This document shows, piece by piece, positions 29,789 to 39,755 of a stretch of DNA of 64,000 nt (its first letter is position 1; every line of letters begins with the position of its first letter). The stretch comes from a virus. The translations under genes and the position numbers were made by a program. The stretch is from IMG/VR virus record IMGVR_UViG_3300037231_000129, positions 1-64,000 of that record. One strand, written 5' to 3'. The notes beneath the pieces are model-generated. The model ran no database searches. It was not told the origin of the DNA and saw only the letters and a list, made by a program, of their open reading frames with translations.

Positions 29789-30258
29789 GCAACGCGCGTG
29801 GACGCATACGGCTGATATCGACGGATGGCACGACGCGATCCGTCAAAGTGCTGGACGCCGCCGGCGACGAGATCAAATGGGGCGAGACAGGGCTCCTGGG
29901 AGTCGAAGTCGAACCGTTGGAACCCAATGGCTTCGTCAACATAAGGCTGGAGCTGAGCCGCGTTGACCTCGATCTCGAGGGGACCGTGTATGTGGCAGGA
30001 AACGACCTCACCCGCGAAGCACTCAGGGTTACCGATGGTGAGGAAGGTCTTCAGCCCCTGCTGCGATACATGAACTCGATTCCAGAGATGATGCCATGGG
30101 ACGACGTGCCGGAAGAATGCCGCATCGTTTTCTGGGGGCGGTGGCGTCTGTCGACGGGCGATAAAACCCCGTTCGACGAGTGGGATGCGGCAAAGGGCGT
30201 CCAGGACAAGGCCAAATACGGCCAGATGCGCGCACAAGCCGCGAAGCCTGATATTTAG
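29785..30258 (+). CDS. hypothetical protein
   Basis: ATGA-coupled, 157 aa. Confidence 0.65.
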   Translation: MSNARGRIRLISTDGTTRSVKVLDAAGDEIKWGETGLLGVEVEPLEPNGFVNIRLELSRVDLDLEGTVYVAGNDLTREALRVTDGEEGLQPLLRYMNSIPEMMPWDDVPEECRIVFWGRWRLSTGDKTPFDEWDAAKGVQDKAKYGQMRAQAAKPDI

Positions 30259-30518
30259 GCGCCGCATCACCCGCTCACCGGCAGTTTCCCGTGTCGCGTA
30301 CATAATTTCAGGAATAATTTGGCGCGGTTTTCGGCGTCGAAATAACCGCAATTTCCGCAGCGCTTTTAGGTGGACATTTAGCCACGCGCCTAATTGGGCC
30401 TCATTTCCGCGCACTTGCGTGTGAAGCGGCACAGGGTCTAAGACCGTCAGCGCTAGAATTCAAAACAGGTCTCCTGAGACGGCGGCCGACCGCATCTGCA
30501 TCCTGCTGTAGGTCGCTC

Positions 30519-30557
30519 GAGAAACGCCGGTTCGGCCTCCCCGACCGGCGTTTTCTC
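30519..30557. terminator. terminator-like hairpin
   Basis: GAGAAACGCCGGT(T)CGG-CCTCC-CCGACCGGCGTTTTCTC between convergent genes. Confidence 0.55.
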
Positions 30558-30804
30558 ACCAGCGACGATCCCAGACGATCCAATGCACCACCGCGTCAGG
30601 CTGATCGATCGCCGCCCGGCCGACACGCTCCACCGTCAAAACCAGCAGAATATGCGGTTCGCCCGTCTGTTTATGCATGCGGACGCCTCGATTGTTCACG
30701 CCGAGAATGAGATATGCGCCGCGGCCGCGGGCGGAGGCGACGTAGTGCGCGTGCATTGGCATCTCGGCATCAGGCCCATTCCAGCGCATGCGGATCTTCT
30801 TCAT
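30556..30804 (-). CDS. hypothetical protein
   Basis: ATGA-coupled. Confidence 0.55.
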   Translation of the reverse strand: MKKIRMRWNGPDAEMPMHAHYVASARGRGAYLILGVNNRGVRMHKQTGEPHILLVLTVERVGRAAIDQPDAVVHWIVWDRRW

Positions 30805-31268
30805 GCCTTTGTCTTCAGCGCCCAGTAATCCAGTTTCTGCGACGCCAGCACGCAAAGACCATCGGACATCGGTTCGTAGGTCCTGCACAAGCCCGGCCGG
30901 TGGGCATGGTCGCCGCAGCGGCCCTCGCGGGTCAACACCGGGCACCAGAACAGCCACCGGCCGTCCGGACGCCGCCACAGCGGCATGATCGGGCCGGCAT
31001 TATTTGTCGACGTGCCGTCACCATCGAACGATCGTGCGAGCCTGACATAGACCTCCAGCAGCGTCAGCGGTCGCTCGACCCTTGCGCAATGGGAAAGCGG
31101 CCCCTGTAGCTCCAACCGATCGGAGAAGTCACCCCAGTCCCAGGGCCAATCCGACGACACTGCGGGATGTTCGATGAAATCGAAGGTACTACCGGGCCAG
31201 CTTCCACTGTTGATCATCATGCCGCTGCAGCAGCGGCCGGGAGCATGACATTGGTCGCAAATGGACAT
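30801..31268 (-). CDS. YkgJ-like Cys-cluster protein
   Basis: CDQC..GRCC; CPVL..GRC..H..RP.LCR.YEP; GGAGG RBS. Confidence 0.65.
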   Translation of the reverse strand: MSICDQCHAPGRCCSGMMINSGSWPGSTFDFIEHPAVSSDWPWDWGDFSDRLELQGPLSHCARVERPLTLLEVYVRLARSFDGDGTSTNNAGPIMPLWRRPDGRWLFWCPVLTREGRCGDHAHRPGLCRTYEPMSDGLCVLASQKLDYWALKTKA

Positions 31269-31350
31269 CGGCCGGCCTCCAAAGATTTTTTCACAGAAAA
31301 ACCGAAGAGTGCCTATAAACGGAGCACTTTTAACACAAAGAAACATTCGT

Positions 31351-32169
31351 ATGCCCGTCGCAACCAGGCGATCCGAGCGTTATGACCAGCAGGCCAACAT
31401 CCCCAGTCCCGATCCCTCGCTACGAACGACCGAGGAATTGCGACATGGGCTGAACTCGCTTCGCGAGCTGGTCGAAACACGATTTACCGCTATGGACAAG
31501 GCTTCGGTTTTGTTCAACGAGAACCTGAGTCGAACCCCGACCGAAATCGATAAGCAAGTCACTCATCTACGATCACTACTTGAGAGCCGCATTTCCACCG
31601 TTGACCATTTGATCAAGCTGATCACTGACGACGTAAAACAGTTTCCCGCTGAAATCGGCCGCTTCGTGGAAAACTTGCGGCAGTTGCACGATGAGAAATT
31701 CACCAGCATCCAGACCCAGTTTCTAGAGCGTGACGTACGAGCCACGGCCAGCGAAGACGCCGCGAAGATCGCGGTGAACGCCGCGTTGCAGGCGCAGAAA
31801 GAAGCCGCCGCAGCGCAGAATCAGGCTAACTCCGAGGCGATCACCAAGAGCGAAGCGGCGACCGCCAAGCAGATCGACGCCATTCAGGCGCTCATCACCA
31901 CCAACAACAAAGCGAACGACGAGAAAATCGGCTCGGTGCTGACGCTGATCGCCGCCAACAACAAGGCGATCGATGAAAAGATCGCTTTGCTCAATGCTCG
32001 GCAGAATATTGGCGAAGGGGGCACCAGCGCTCGTTCGACCCAGAACACCATGATGATCGCGGTGATCGCCGTGCTGGTCTCGATCGTGGTCGGTGGATTT
32101 GCGATCATGCACAGCGGCAACACCATTCCGACTGCGATGCCCGCCTACAACATGACCAACCCGCACTGA
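31351..32169 (+). CDS. coiled-coil protein with C-terminal TM helix
   Basis: Heptad-like pattern; MMIAVIAVLVSIVVGGF. Confidence 0.7.
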   Translation: MPVATRRSERYDQQANIPSPDPSLRTTEELRHGLNSLRELVETRFTAMDKASVLFNENLSRTPTEIDKQVTHLRSLLESRISTVDHLIKLITDDVKQFPAEIGRFVENLRQLHDEKFTSIQTQFLERDVRATASEDAAKIAVNAALQAQKEAAAAQNQANSEAITKSEAATAKQIDAIQALITTNNKANDEKIGSVLTLIAANNKAIDEKIALLNARQNIGEGGTSARSTQNTMMIAVIAVLVSIVVGGFAIMHSGNTIPTAMPAYNMTNPH

Positions 32170-32171
32170 CA

Positions 32172-32690
32172 TCAGGCGGCTTTCCGCTTCCTGGCCGTTC
32201 CCCAAAATGCGTCGGCCGACCCGTACCGCAGAATACTCGCTCGAGCTGCAATGTGCGGGTAACGGTATTTGAACTTCGCCTCCTGGCTGATTGCGAATTT
32301 CCGGATATCCTCGGCTTCCTCTTGCAGAATCGCGGCCTTCACAAAGGCGATGATGCGCTTAGAGGTTTTCTTCCTCGGCGTGTTGCGTGCGACAAAAGCG
32401 GCGATCGGCACCGGATCAAAGGTCACCGTGATTTCGTGCAGGGTCCGCCGGATCTCCTGTGGCAATGCGTCGAAGCGCCGGAAAACACTGCGATGGGTGA
32501 CCTGGAGCGTCGTCCACTGGTCGCCGGTATCGAAGCCCGGTTCCGGTGGCCCCTCGACGATCGCCGGCAGCGCCAGCAGAAGCTGGCGGCGCTGCACCAA
32601 GGACAATTGCCGCTTGCGACGTCCCGGCCGCCTGTGAACAGCGTGGACCCTGGTGATCGCCTTTTCGAAGGCCTCACTCTCGAAGGCCAC
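32172..32690 (-). CDS. hypothetical protein
   Basis: GAGG RBS before GTG. Confidence 0.6.
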   Translation of the reverse strand: MAFESEAFEKAITRVHAVHRRPGRRKRQLSLVQRRQLLLALPAIVEGPPEPGFDTGDQWTTLQVTHRSVFRRFDALPQEIRRTLHEITVTFDPVPIAAFVARNTPRKKTSKRIIAFVKAAILQEEAEDIRKFAISQEAKFKYRYPHIAARASILRYGSADAFWGTARKRKAA

Positions 32691-32697
32691 AGGATCC

Positions 32698-32997
32698 TCA
32701 CTCGCGAGCAGGTTTGTAGCCTTTCAGCGTTAGGTGAAACTGACCGCCCATGGTTTGGAGGATCTCCCATTCGAAAGCCTTGGGGATGATTTTCTCCGCG
32801 GCGCCGCGGGTCCAGCACAGCCGCTCTGATTCCGGTCGGCCACCTCGCTCGCCGATACCGCTTTCGTCCTGGACGACTTTCTGGATGTCGTAGGCGAAGG
32901 CCTGCTTCGGATCTTCCATGATCGCGTCGACCACGTCCATCACCTGGCTATGGTATCTTCGCCAGCTGGCGGCGATCGCGTCGTCGTTCATCGGCAT
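32698..32997 (-). CDS. hypothetical protein
   Basis: TGATG coupling. Confidence 0.6.
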   Translation of the reverse strand: MPMNDDAIAASWRRYHSQVMDVVDAIMEDPKQAFAYDIQKVVQDESGIGERGGRPESERLCWTRGAAEKIIPKAFEWEILQTMGGQFHLTLKGYKPARE

Positions 32998-33446
32998 CAG
33001 ACGTCCCTCCGTTCCAGGTAATTGTCGAGCATCTCGATGATCTCGGCCTTGGCATATCCCTCGCCGACTTGGTGCGTCTGCGCCAAATCATACACCGCCG
33101 TCTTGAGCCGGGCGATCGTGTTGCGGCGCACACCCTCGGCCAGCGCCGCCACCTGGTCGCTGGTCAGCAGAAACGACGGTGGTTCCCGCGGCGCCGGCGC
33201 ACCGACAAGCCCGAGCAGCTGCAGCCACCGCGCCATCGCCTCCGCCAACTTCGCGATGCCCTGGAACTCGCCGAGGGTGCAAATGGTGCGATAACCGTCG
33301 TCGGCGCGGAACCACACCCGAGTTCGGGTATTGACGAGCTCGGTTTCCTTGATCACCAGGGCGATCGTCCGATCCGAGTTGGTCTTACCGAAGGCGGCGA
33401 TCGGCCCGACGAACAGCTCCTGCAGCGTGATGCCCTGCTCGTTCAT
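32997..33446 (-). CDS. hypothetical protein
   Basis: ATGA coupling. Confidence 0.6.
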   Translation of the reverse strand: MNEQGITLQELFVGPIAAFGKTNSDRTIALVIKETELVNTRTRVWFRADDGYRTICTLGEFQGIAKLAEAMARWLQLLGLVGAPAPREPPSFLLTSDQVAALAEGVRRNTIARLKTAVYDLAQTHQVGEGYAKAEIIEMLDNYLERRDV

Positions 33447-33886
33447 CGGATGGTGAGCCCTGAACTTGGCGGCTGCTCGGTGGCGCGGAGGCCTGCGATC
33501 TTGCGCATGTCCTCCAGGTGGTAACGTAGCGCGGTGATCTCGGCGCTCCGATCCTTCTCGCCACTGGGCATCATGCCGAGCCGGTGGCCTAAATCGATGA
33601 AGGCCTGGAGAACCTCCAACACGCCGCGACCGCCGCCGGGCTCGTAACCCACTGCTGACAGGAACGGTTCTCGGGCCCACTCGCCCTCTGGTATTGCCTG
33701 CCAGATCGCCGGACAGAGCTCGAGATCCGGCGTGCGTGTCAGAGTACCATCAACCTCCCGGTGATGAGTATTCGGCGGTCGATAGAACACCCGTAGCTCG
33801 AGCCGGCGGGTTTGCATCGGCATCAGGAATGCCGATACCCCGACCTTTGGTTCGTATGGCGATCCAAGCCCAATGGTGAACGACAT
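33443..33886 (-). CDS. hypothetical protein
   Basis: AGGAGG RBS. Confidence 0.65.
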   Translation of the reverse strand: MSFTIGLGSPYEPKVGVSAFLMPMQTRRLELRVFYRPPNTHHREVDGTLTRTPDLELCPAIWQAIPEGEWAREPFLSAVGYEPGGGRGVLEVLQAFIDLGHRLGMMPSGEKDRSAEITALRYHLEDMRKIAGLRATEQPPSSGLTIR

Positions 33887-33898
33887 AGCAGAAGCCTC

Positions 33899-34288
33899 CT
33901 ATTCGTCCGCGTGCACCAGCTTGCGGATCATCGCATCCGTCACCGGCGTTTCGCCGGCCAGATGGAAATCGATGATGTCGGCCACCGCGATCTTGCTGGT
34001 GAATGGCTGCGGTGCGCCCAGCGTCTGCTCCGGCGCCTCGATCTCGAGCACCTGGTTCTCCAGTCGGACCGCCCGGCCAACCGTGATCGTCATCATGCCG
34101 GTCCCCAGGGACTTCAGCGCTGGATCCTTCGCGTCGATCGGTTTCCACCACTTCACGATGATCCAACCCCGTTTCGCTGCCATTTCGGGTATCAGATAGA
34201 GTTTTGCCGCCATATCCGGCGGTGACAACGGCCGCTGGTTGGTGTGAAGCACGGGAGTCCTCGATTTATGCTCGGCCATGACGGTCAC
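33899..34288 (-). CDS. hypothetical protein
   Basis: GTGA coupling. Confidence 0.6.
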   Translation of the reverse strand: MTVMAEHKSRTPVLHTNQRPLSPPDMAAKLYLIPEMAAKRGWIIVKWWKPIDAKDPALKSLGTGMMTITVGRAVRLENQVLEIEAPEQTLGAPQPFTSKIAVADIIDFHLAGETPVTDAMIRKLVHADE

Positions 34289-34578
34289 TTCCTTTGCGGG
34301 TAAAGCGGTTGGATATCGATGATGCAGGCAATCGGGATGATCGTCCTGCGCTGGGGGTTGAGACGCATCTGGATGACGTTCATGCGCACCTCTTCCGGCA
34401 ATCCCGTTGCCCGCCAGACCTCGGTGAAGACGGCGTTCAGATAGGTCACCACGACGGGGCGACGATGCGGGATGGTGAGCCGGAACCGTTCGACCAGTCG
34501 CCGCTGTACGTTCGGCGCGGCGGCCGGCGGCGGCAGCATATCGAGCCTGGCCTGCTCAGGAGTATCAGCCGGGCTCAT
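34285..34578 (-). CDS. hypothetical protein
   Basis: Member of the coupled ORF chain. Confidence 0.55.
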   Translation of the reverse strand: MSPADTPEQARLDMLPPPAAAPNVQRRLVERFRLTIPHRRPVVVTYLNAVFTEVWRATGLPEEVRMNVIQMRLNPQRRTIIPIACIIDIQPLYPQRK

Positions 34579-34942
34579 CAGACCGCTCGCCAGTGAACGT
34601 ACCCGCCTCGATGTCGCCTTTCTCCCGGATGATGCTGGCGAGGTAGCCGACAGCGATGGCGTTGCCGTGTTTGGCCTCCGTGTTCAGTACATCCCAGAGT
34701 TCGATCAAGCACATCCCGCGCAGCTCGTTGTCGCGGTCCGCCGGCAGATTTTTCGCATAGCTCAGCATCTGGCTACGAAAGCGCTGCACGCCGGCCGCCC
34801 GGCGCCAGTCATCCAATTGGGCCGCGGTTTCGCGAAGAATTTCCGCCAACGGCTTATCCCCCAAAACCCGAGCAGCGGTTCGCAAAAAATCTGTCGTCGG
34901 CCACCACGGCTGTGGAAAACGAGATGGGTTCTTGCGCGTCAT
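34565..34942 (-). CDS. hypothetical protein
   Basis: ATGA coupling. Confidence 0.6.
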   Translation of the reverse strand: MTRKNPSRFPQPWWPTTDFLRTAARVLGDKPLAEILRETAAQLDDWRRAAGVQRFRSQMLSYAKNLPADRDNELRGMCLIELWDVLNTEAKHGNAIAVGYLASIIREKGDIEAGTFTGERSDEPG

Positions 34943-35409
34943 CGCCAGCTCAGCACGATGCGCGGGAAGAACAGCGCGATCTCGCGCCTAGCCGCGGTGG
35001 CATCCTCCGAGCCATGCGCGACGTTCTCGGCCACCAGGTTGACGTTGCCGTATTCCGCCCGCAGCGTACCTTTGTCGGCGAAGCCTGGATCCGTGGCGCC
35101 CAACACCCCGCGCCACGCTTTCACTGCATCGCGGCCGCCGATCACCATGGCGACCACCGGGCCCGACACGCTGTCGACCAGCTGCGGCCAGTAGCGTTTT
35201 TTCCTGTGCTCGGAGTACAGATCGAGGATCTGCTCGCTGGTGAGCGTCGCCGCCACCGCGGTCATGATGATCAGCTTTTCCCGCAGGATACGAGAGAGCA
35301 CGAGGCCGACCAGATTGGCCCTGACGGCATGGCTTTTGATCAGGGCGAAGGTGGTTTCCAGAGCAGCTTCACCGGCCGGCGGCTGCGGGATAAGCAGGTT
35401 TGGGATCAT
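34939..35409 (-). CDS. ndk: nucleoside diphosphate kinase
   Basis: TFALIK, Y.EH, SGPVVAM, GATDP, GTLRAEYG, NVAHGS, REIALFF. Confidence 0.92.
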   Translation of the reverse strand: MIPNLLIPQPPAGEAALETTFALIKSHAVRANLVGLVLSRILREKLIIMTAVAATLTSEQILDLYSEHRKKRYWPQLVDSVSGPVVAMVIGGRDAVKAWRGVLGATDPGFADKGTLRAEYGNVNLVAENVAHGSEDATAARREIALFFPRIVLSWR

Positions 35410-35675
35410 GACGATTTCCTTATGACGCAACGGCAGTTGGGAGGGGTAGAGGCGGTGGGGTCGACCAGGATCGCGAGATACAGCGGCCCTTCGTCAACGA
35501 ATGGCCGGGGCATCGGCGCACCGGTTCGATCATCGCGCCAGACCTTGCCGATCCCGCCGCAGGGATCACACCGCTTGGCCGATAACCGATCCCAGTTGCG
35601 GAGCAGGCGCATAGACTCAGGAACGAAGGCACCGAGGCCTTGGCAGACCGGGCAGACGAAGACCGCGACGTTCAT
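35406..35675 (-). CDS. DnaJ-type zinc-finger small protein
   Basis: CPVCQGLG and CDPCGGIG. Confidence 0.6.
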   Translation of the reverse strand: MNVAVFVCPVCQGLGAFVPESMRLLRNWDRLSAKRCDPCGGIGKVWRDDRTGAPMPRPFVDEGPLYLAILVDPTASTPPNCRCVIRKSS

Positions 35676-35863
35676 GTTCCGTAGATCTCTTTGAGCCGCT
35701 TTTCGCTGTAATTGTCCGGATGCTCGCGGTTCAGTTCTTTCAGCTCTGCGACCGATTTGTTGACGACCCCGGCTATGTCCGCGTCGTCGCACATGAAGTC
35801 CCCATGCCAGCAGCATGCACACAAACACCTTGAGCATACGATCACCATTCGGTCGTCGTTCAT
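35672..35863 (-). CDS. Cys-rich small phage protein
   Basis: VCSRCLCACCWHGDFMCD...LNREHPDNY. Confidence 0.65.
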   Translation of the reverse strand: MNDDRMVIVCSRCLCACCWHGDFMCDDADIAGVVNKSVAELKELNREHPDNYSEKRLKEIYGT

Positions 35864-36150
35864 CGCCGGAATTGCTCCGGAATCGGGGTGCCGTCGGGCA
35901 TCTGCCCGTTGCGGTACCAATCAGGGGTTTTGTTGGTGGATTCCAGCCGGCCGGGCGGGTAGCCCGCCTGGGTCAGGCGCCTGTTAAAATCGCCCATTTG
36001 CTCGCTTTGGTTCTGGAACACCCAGGCGACCTCGTTGCGGAATTGCTCGTAACGAGCAGTCAGCTTGAACAGCATGACGATCAGGAGGGTCTCGAGCATG
36101 ACGGACGCGACGATGACAGCGATCAGGACGATCCAATCGAATAAGGTCAT
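35860..36150 (-). CDS. membrane-anchored hypothetical protein
   Basis: N-terminal TM segment. Confidence 0.6.
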   Translation of the reverse strand: MTLFDWIVLIAVIVASVMLETLLIVMLFKLTARYEQFRNEVAWVFQNQSEQMGDFNRRLTQAGYPPGRLESTNKTPDWYRNGQMPDGTPIPEQFRR

Positions 36151-36151
36151 G

Positions 36152-36370
36152 TCACACCCCCTGTGCTGTGCTGATCTGCGGGCAATCGATCACGATCGGC
36201 GCCGGCCGGCCGAGGCAAGGCGCGTTGCCCTCGGTTGACCAGGGTCGCTCGTAGCAGCGCATGCACCGTCCCATGTAGCTGTGCAAATCGCCCCATAAAT
36301 GGCCGCTTTTGTCGGACGTTAGGGCGACAGGGAACCGGGGAAACTCGGACGCGAGTGAATCTTGGCTCAT
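36152..36370 (-). CDS. hypothetical protein
   Basis: Coupled ORF. Confidence 0.45.
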   Translation of the reverse strand: MSQDSLASEFPRFPVALTSDKSGHLWGDLHSYMGRCMRCYERPWSTEGNAPCLGRPAPIVIDCPQISTAQGV

Positions 36371-36633
36371 CACCCGCTGACCCTTGTCTGATTGTGGTAG
36401 ATATCGAGCCTGATCTGATTTGCCGCGATCTGCTCTTCGAGGTTGGTTATCGCCCGCTCAAGCCGCTCCACGATTGCTGGGAAATAACCGATAAGCTTAA
36501 CGCCATCGCAGATCGTTTGCAGATCGATCAGCACCAGGTGGTCTTCCATGATCTGGAATGTGAGATCACGGATCATCCGGAATCGCCACATTTCGTCTGC
36601 GCGAGCGCTGTGTGGGTAGAGCTGAGTGACCAT
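36370..36633 (-). CDS. hypothetical protein
   Basis: Coupled ORF. Confidence 0.5.
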   Translation of the reverse strand: MVTQLYPHSARADEMWRFRMIRDLTFQIMEDHLVLIDLQTICDGVKLIGYFPAIVERLERAITNLEEQIAANQIRLDIYHNQTRVSG

Positions 36634-36857
36634 CAACCCGTGACCTCTTCCGGGGCGTCGTCATCGATGTGGCGCTCATTCCAAGTTGTGCGCCCCAACG
36701 CCAACGTTTCAGCAGCTACGTGAGGTGCTACCAAGCAAAAATCCGCCACACACGAAACCATGACCTTCTCTGGACCACCCCCATGCCAGGATTCGACCTG
36801 GGGAATTTCACCGCACCAGGGACACCCTTTGAAGCCTTCGACGACGAAGATCGCCAT
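36633..36857 (-). CDS. Lar-like (restriction alleviation) zinc-finger protein
   Basis: CPWCG...C...C...TWNER; AGGAG RBS. Confidence 0.6.
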   Translation of the reverse strand: MAIFVVEGFKGCPWCGEIPQVESWHGGGPEKVMVSCVADFCLVAPHVAAETLALGRTTWNERHIDDDAPEEVTG

Positions 36858-36911
36858 GTCACTCTCCTGCCTTGAACGGCACACGGTCATAGACACCTTT
36901 TCGAACCCGGG

Positions 36912-38483
36912 TCAACGGTTGCCCCGCGGGCCAGTGACCGGCGCCAGCCCCATCGCCTGCCGCAACGCGTTCTCCGATTCCAGCACCTTCTCGGCCTGCG
37001 CCTTCAGGAATTCAAACAGTCCGTCGGTGCCGTTGATGAACATCGCGAAGCCGGACGCGACCGCGTCGACCTGGTCGTCATGCGCGCCGGTGGGGAAGCT
37101 CTGGATTTCTTCCAGGAAGTCCTCGTTCCAGCCCGCCCGGTAGTAGAAGACATTGCCGGCGGAGGCCTGCGACGCCAGCGGCGAGGCGCGAACCGACTTC
37201 GAGCCGGTCGCCGGTTCCCATTTCACGGTGTAGCCGGCGAGCTGCTTGACCAGGTAAGCGATCTGGTATTTGCCCGCCTGCGCCGGATCCTGCGGAATGA
37301 AGATCGGGATCGATTTACCATCCTGCGCGGCGGTGGTGCTGATCAAGGTCTCGACGCCGCCGGGATCAAACCGTTCCCGAGTAATGTGGCCGATGATGTA
37401 GGTCTTGGTCGCCGGATGAAAACCGAACTTGCAGCCCACCGTCCAGTCCGGATCGGCGCTGCCCATCTTCTCGGTCGCCGCGAGATCCCATGCCCGTACC
37501 CAGATAACGCCGTGCGGGATCGCCTCGAGCGGCTTGAACCAGGCCCGCTTGAATAGACCACCCTCACGCGGCTGCGGCCGCTGCTGCTGCTGTCCGGCCA
37601 CCGCATAGCCGTCCTGGCCGCCCAGGTTCTTCCACAGGCCGTCCAGCACCACCTCTGAGAACTTCTCCGGCCACAACGGCTCGCCCTCGGTGGTGCGCCA
37701 GTCGAATTCATGGCGATTGGGGTGCTTGAGCTCAAATCGCGCCGGCAGCACGACGGTGTAGTAACCGCGGCGGATGCACTCGCCGGCGACGTCTTTGTCA
37801 TTGATCCGCTGCTGCACCACCATCGACACGCCGCGCTCGGGGGCGTTGAACCGGCCCGACATGGTTTCAAACCAGAAAATCCGCGCCATGGTGATTTCGG
37901 CGGGGCTATCTCCCGAAGTGATGTCGTGCGGATCATCGAAGATATTGAAATCGCTACCATGTCCGGTTACACCGGTGCCGGGCGACCCTACGAAACGAAC
38001 CCCGCCTTCGGTGGTCTGGTAGTGCGTCTTGGTGTTCTGATCGCGCCGGAATCGCACTTCCGGCCATCGGGCCTGATACCAGGGGCTTTCGATCAACCGC
38101 CGCGACGCGCTGGCATCCCGGGTGGCGAGCGGCTGGGCGTAGCTCGCGGTGATGAACTTCGCGGACGGCCACCAGGTCCATACCCAGGCGGGAAACGCCA
38201 CGCTGCAAAGCAGGGACTTCGAATAGCGTGGCGGGATGCAGATGACGATTTGCTGGATGTCGCGACGGGCGGCACGCTGCAGGTGGTAGCAAATGACCCG
38301 GATATGCCGGCCGTCTTTGAACGGCTCTGGATCCATAATGGGCCACGCCATCTTGTAGAAATCGATGAACGATCGTCGGCCGAGCTCGCGTTCGACGTCG
38401 ATCCGATGGCTCAGGAAATCGATGGTGTCATTGTCAGTGGCGAGCATTGGGTCTACGGTAATGGACCAAAGAGGGGTATCCAA
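36912..38483 (-). CDS. terL: terminase large subunit
   Basis: Walker A IPPRYSKS, Walker B IFDDPH, nuclease motifs RAWDLAAT and HDDQVDA. Alternative start at ATG 38447. Confidence 0.93.
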   Translation of the reverse strand: MDTPLWSITVDPMLATDNDTIDFLSHRIDVERELGRRSFIDFYKMAWPIMDPEPFKDGRHIRVICYHLQRAARRDIQQIVICIPPRYSKSLLCSVAFPAWVWTWWPSAKFITASYAQPLATRDASASRRLIESPWYQARWPEVRFRRDQNTKTHYQTTEGGVRFVGSPGTGVTGHGSDFNIFDDPHDITSGDSPAEITMARIFWFETMSGRFNAPERGVSMVVQQRINDKDVAGECIRRGYYTVVLPARFELKHPNRHEFDWRTTEGEPLWPEKFSEVVLDGLWKNLGGQDGYAVAGQQQQRPQPREGGLFKRAWFKPLEAIPHGVIWVRAWDLAATEKMGSADPDWTVGCKFGFHPATKTYIIGHITRERFDPGGVETLISTTAAQDGKSIPIFIPQDPAQAGKYQIAYLVKQLAGYTVKWEPATGSKSVRASPLASQASAGNVFYYRAGWNEDFLEEIQSFPTGAHDDQVDAVASGFAMFINGTDGLFEFLKAQAEKVLESENALRQAMGLAPVTGPRGNR

Positions 38484-38996
38484 ATGTCACACTATACCGG
38501 TCCTAATCCGGCGGCGATTAAGTTCGTGGAAAACGTCCCCGATGAATTTGCGGAGATGTGCCGTATTTCCAATGGGATACTGTATTTGCACATTTGGGTG
38601 CCCGGACCGGATTCTGAGAAGCGATTTGCCGACACAACCGATCGAGATGCTCAAGTGGACCGCTATCTCGTTGAAACCTTCTTCAAATCTCTCGCCAGCC
38701 ACGAAAACCCGTTCTGTATGCTTTGCGACACCCGTTTCCATATCGCGGCACCATCGCTTGAACCACCGCCGCTCGTAAATCCGAACATCTATCCCGTCGC
38801 CATTGCGATTTTGCGACCCGATCTCGATGTCGGAAAGAAGCATCGTGAAATGCCCGCCATTATCAGTGGGATATGCGACGATTGTGCCGGGCGTCATCCC
38901 GACCTCTACCAGACTCTGGCCCTTTTTTATGGTCGCTATTACCTTGATGGGGTCCGGCTGATCGACCGCTCGACACACGAGCCCGGTCATGCCTGA
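38484..38996 (+). CDS. hypothetical protein (CxxC pairs)
   Basis: GAGGGG RBS; the upstream part of the listed ORF is antisense to terL. Confidence 0.6.
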   Translation: MSHYTGPNPAAIKFVENVPDEFAEMCRISNGILYLHIWVPGPDSEKRFADTTDRDAQVDRYLVETFFKSLASHENPFCMLCDTRFHIAAPSLEPPPLVNPNIYPVAIAILRPDLDVGKKHREMPAIISGICDDCAGRHPDLYQTLALFYGRYYLDGVRLIDRSTHEPGHA

Positions 38997-39243
38997 TTCA
39001 CCTATCCGCACAACACAAGAGACGATCGCGATCTACGAGCAAGATTGGCGGGATACGCTTGGCCGCGAAATGACCTTCGAAACATACGTTCAGGGAAGGG
39101 TCGATCAAACGATGCTCGATCTTCAAAAAATCCAGGAAATCCTGAAATGGCTGAGAGCAGGCCCATCAAAGCGATCGCGTATCGAGCACGAAAACAGGCT
39201 ATTTAGCCGCCACATCGTATTTCCCGAGGTGAACGATGGCTGA
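38989..39243 (+). CDS. hypothetical protein
   Basis: Member of an overlapping ORF chain. Confidence 0.55.
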   Translation: MPDSPIRTTQETIAIYEQDWRDTLGREMTFETYVQGRVDQTMLDLQKIQEILKWLRAGPSKRSRIEHENRLFSRHIVFPEVNDG

Positions 39244-39538
39244 CCGACAATTCTTAGAACAGCTGACCAAACAACTCGCCAACGATGGCAAGCTGATCGA
39301 ATCCGGCTACGTCGCGATGCGGCTTCACTGCATGGATCGGGACGCGCCGCCCGACCAGGTGCGGGAAATGCGCATGGCGTTCATGGCCGGCGCGCAACAT
39401 CTGTTCAGCAGCCTCATGGTTACGCTGGATCCCGAGCATGAGCCGACGGAGGCGGATATGCGGCGGATGGACCTGATCGACAAAGAGCTTCGCGCGTTCA
39501 TCCCAGAGTTGAACAAGTGGGTGGCCGCTCATGGCTAA
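39236..39538 (+). CDS. conserved phage hypothetical protein
   Basis: GAGGTG RBS; Q.REMRMAFMAGA. Confidence 0.7.
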   Translation: MADRQFLEQLTKQLANDGKLIESGYVAMRLHCMDRDAPPDQVREMRMAFMAGAQHLFSSLMVTLDPEHEPTEADMRRMDLIDKELRAFIPELNKWVAAHG

Positions 39539-39755
39539 ATTTGGGAGCATCTTCGATTACGCTGAGCAGGTCACAATCGATGGCGACCACAGTCTCAAAG
39601 CGGTGGTAACTGGCTTTCACTTCGGTCCGCCGGGCTACGAGATGATCGATGTAGCCTGGATTCACAACGGCGAGCAGAAGACCGCGACGGTCCATGCCTG
39701 CCGATTGAAATCGACGCTCAATAAGCCGCTGCCGCCGGGATACCTCAAGCCATGA
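39531..39755 (+). CDS. hypothetical protein
   Basis: Member of an overlapping ORF chain. Confidence 0.6.
   Translation: MAKFGSIFDYAEQVTIDGDHSLKAVVTGFHFGPPGYEMIDVAWIHNGEQKTATVHACRLKSTLNKPLPPGYLKP

Noticed and set aside
29677-30432. 251-aa minus-strand ORF
   Set aside because: Overlaps coupled plus-strand genes with better translation signals.
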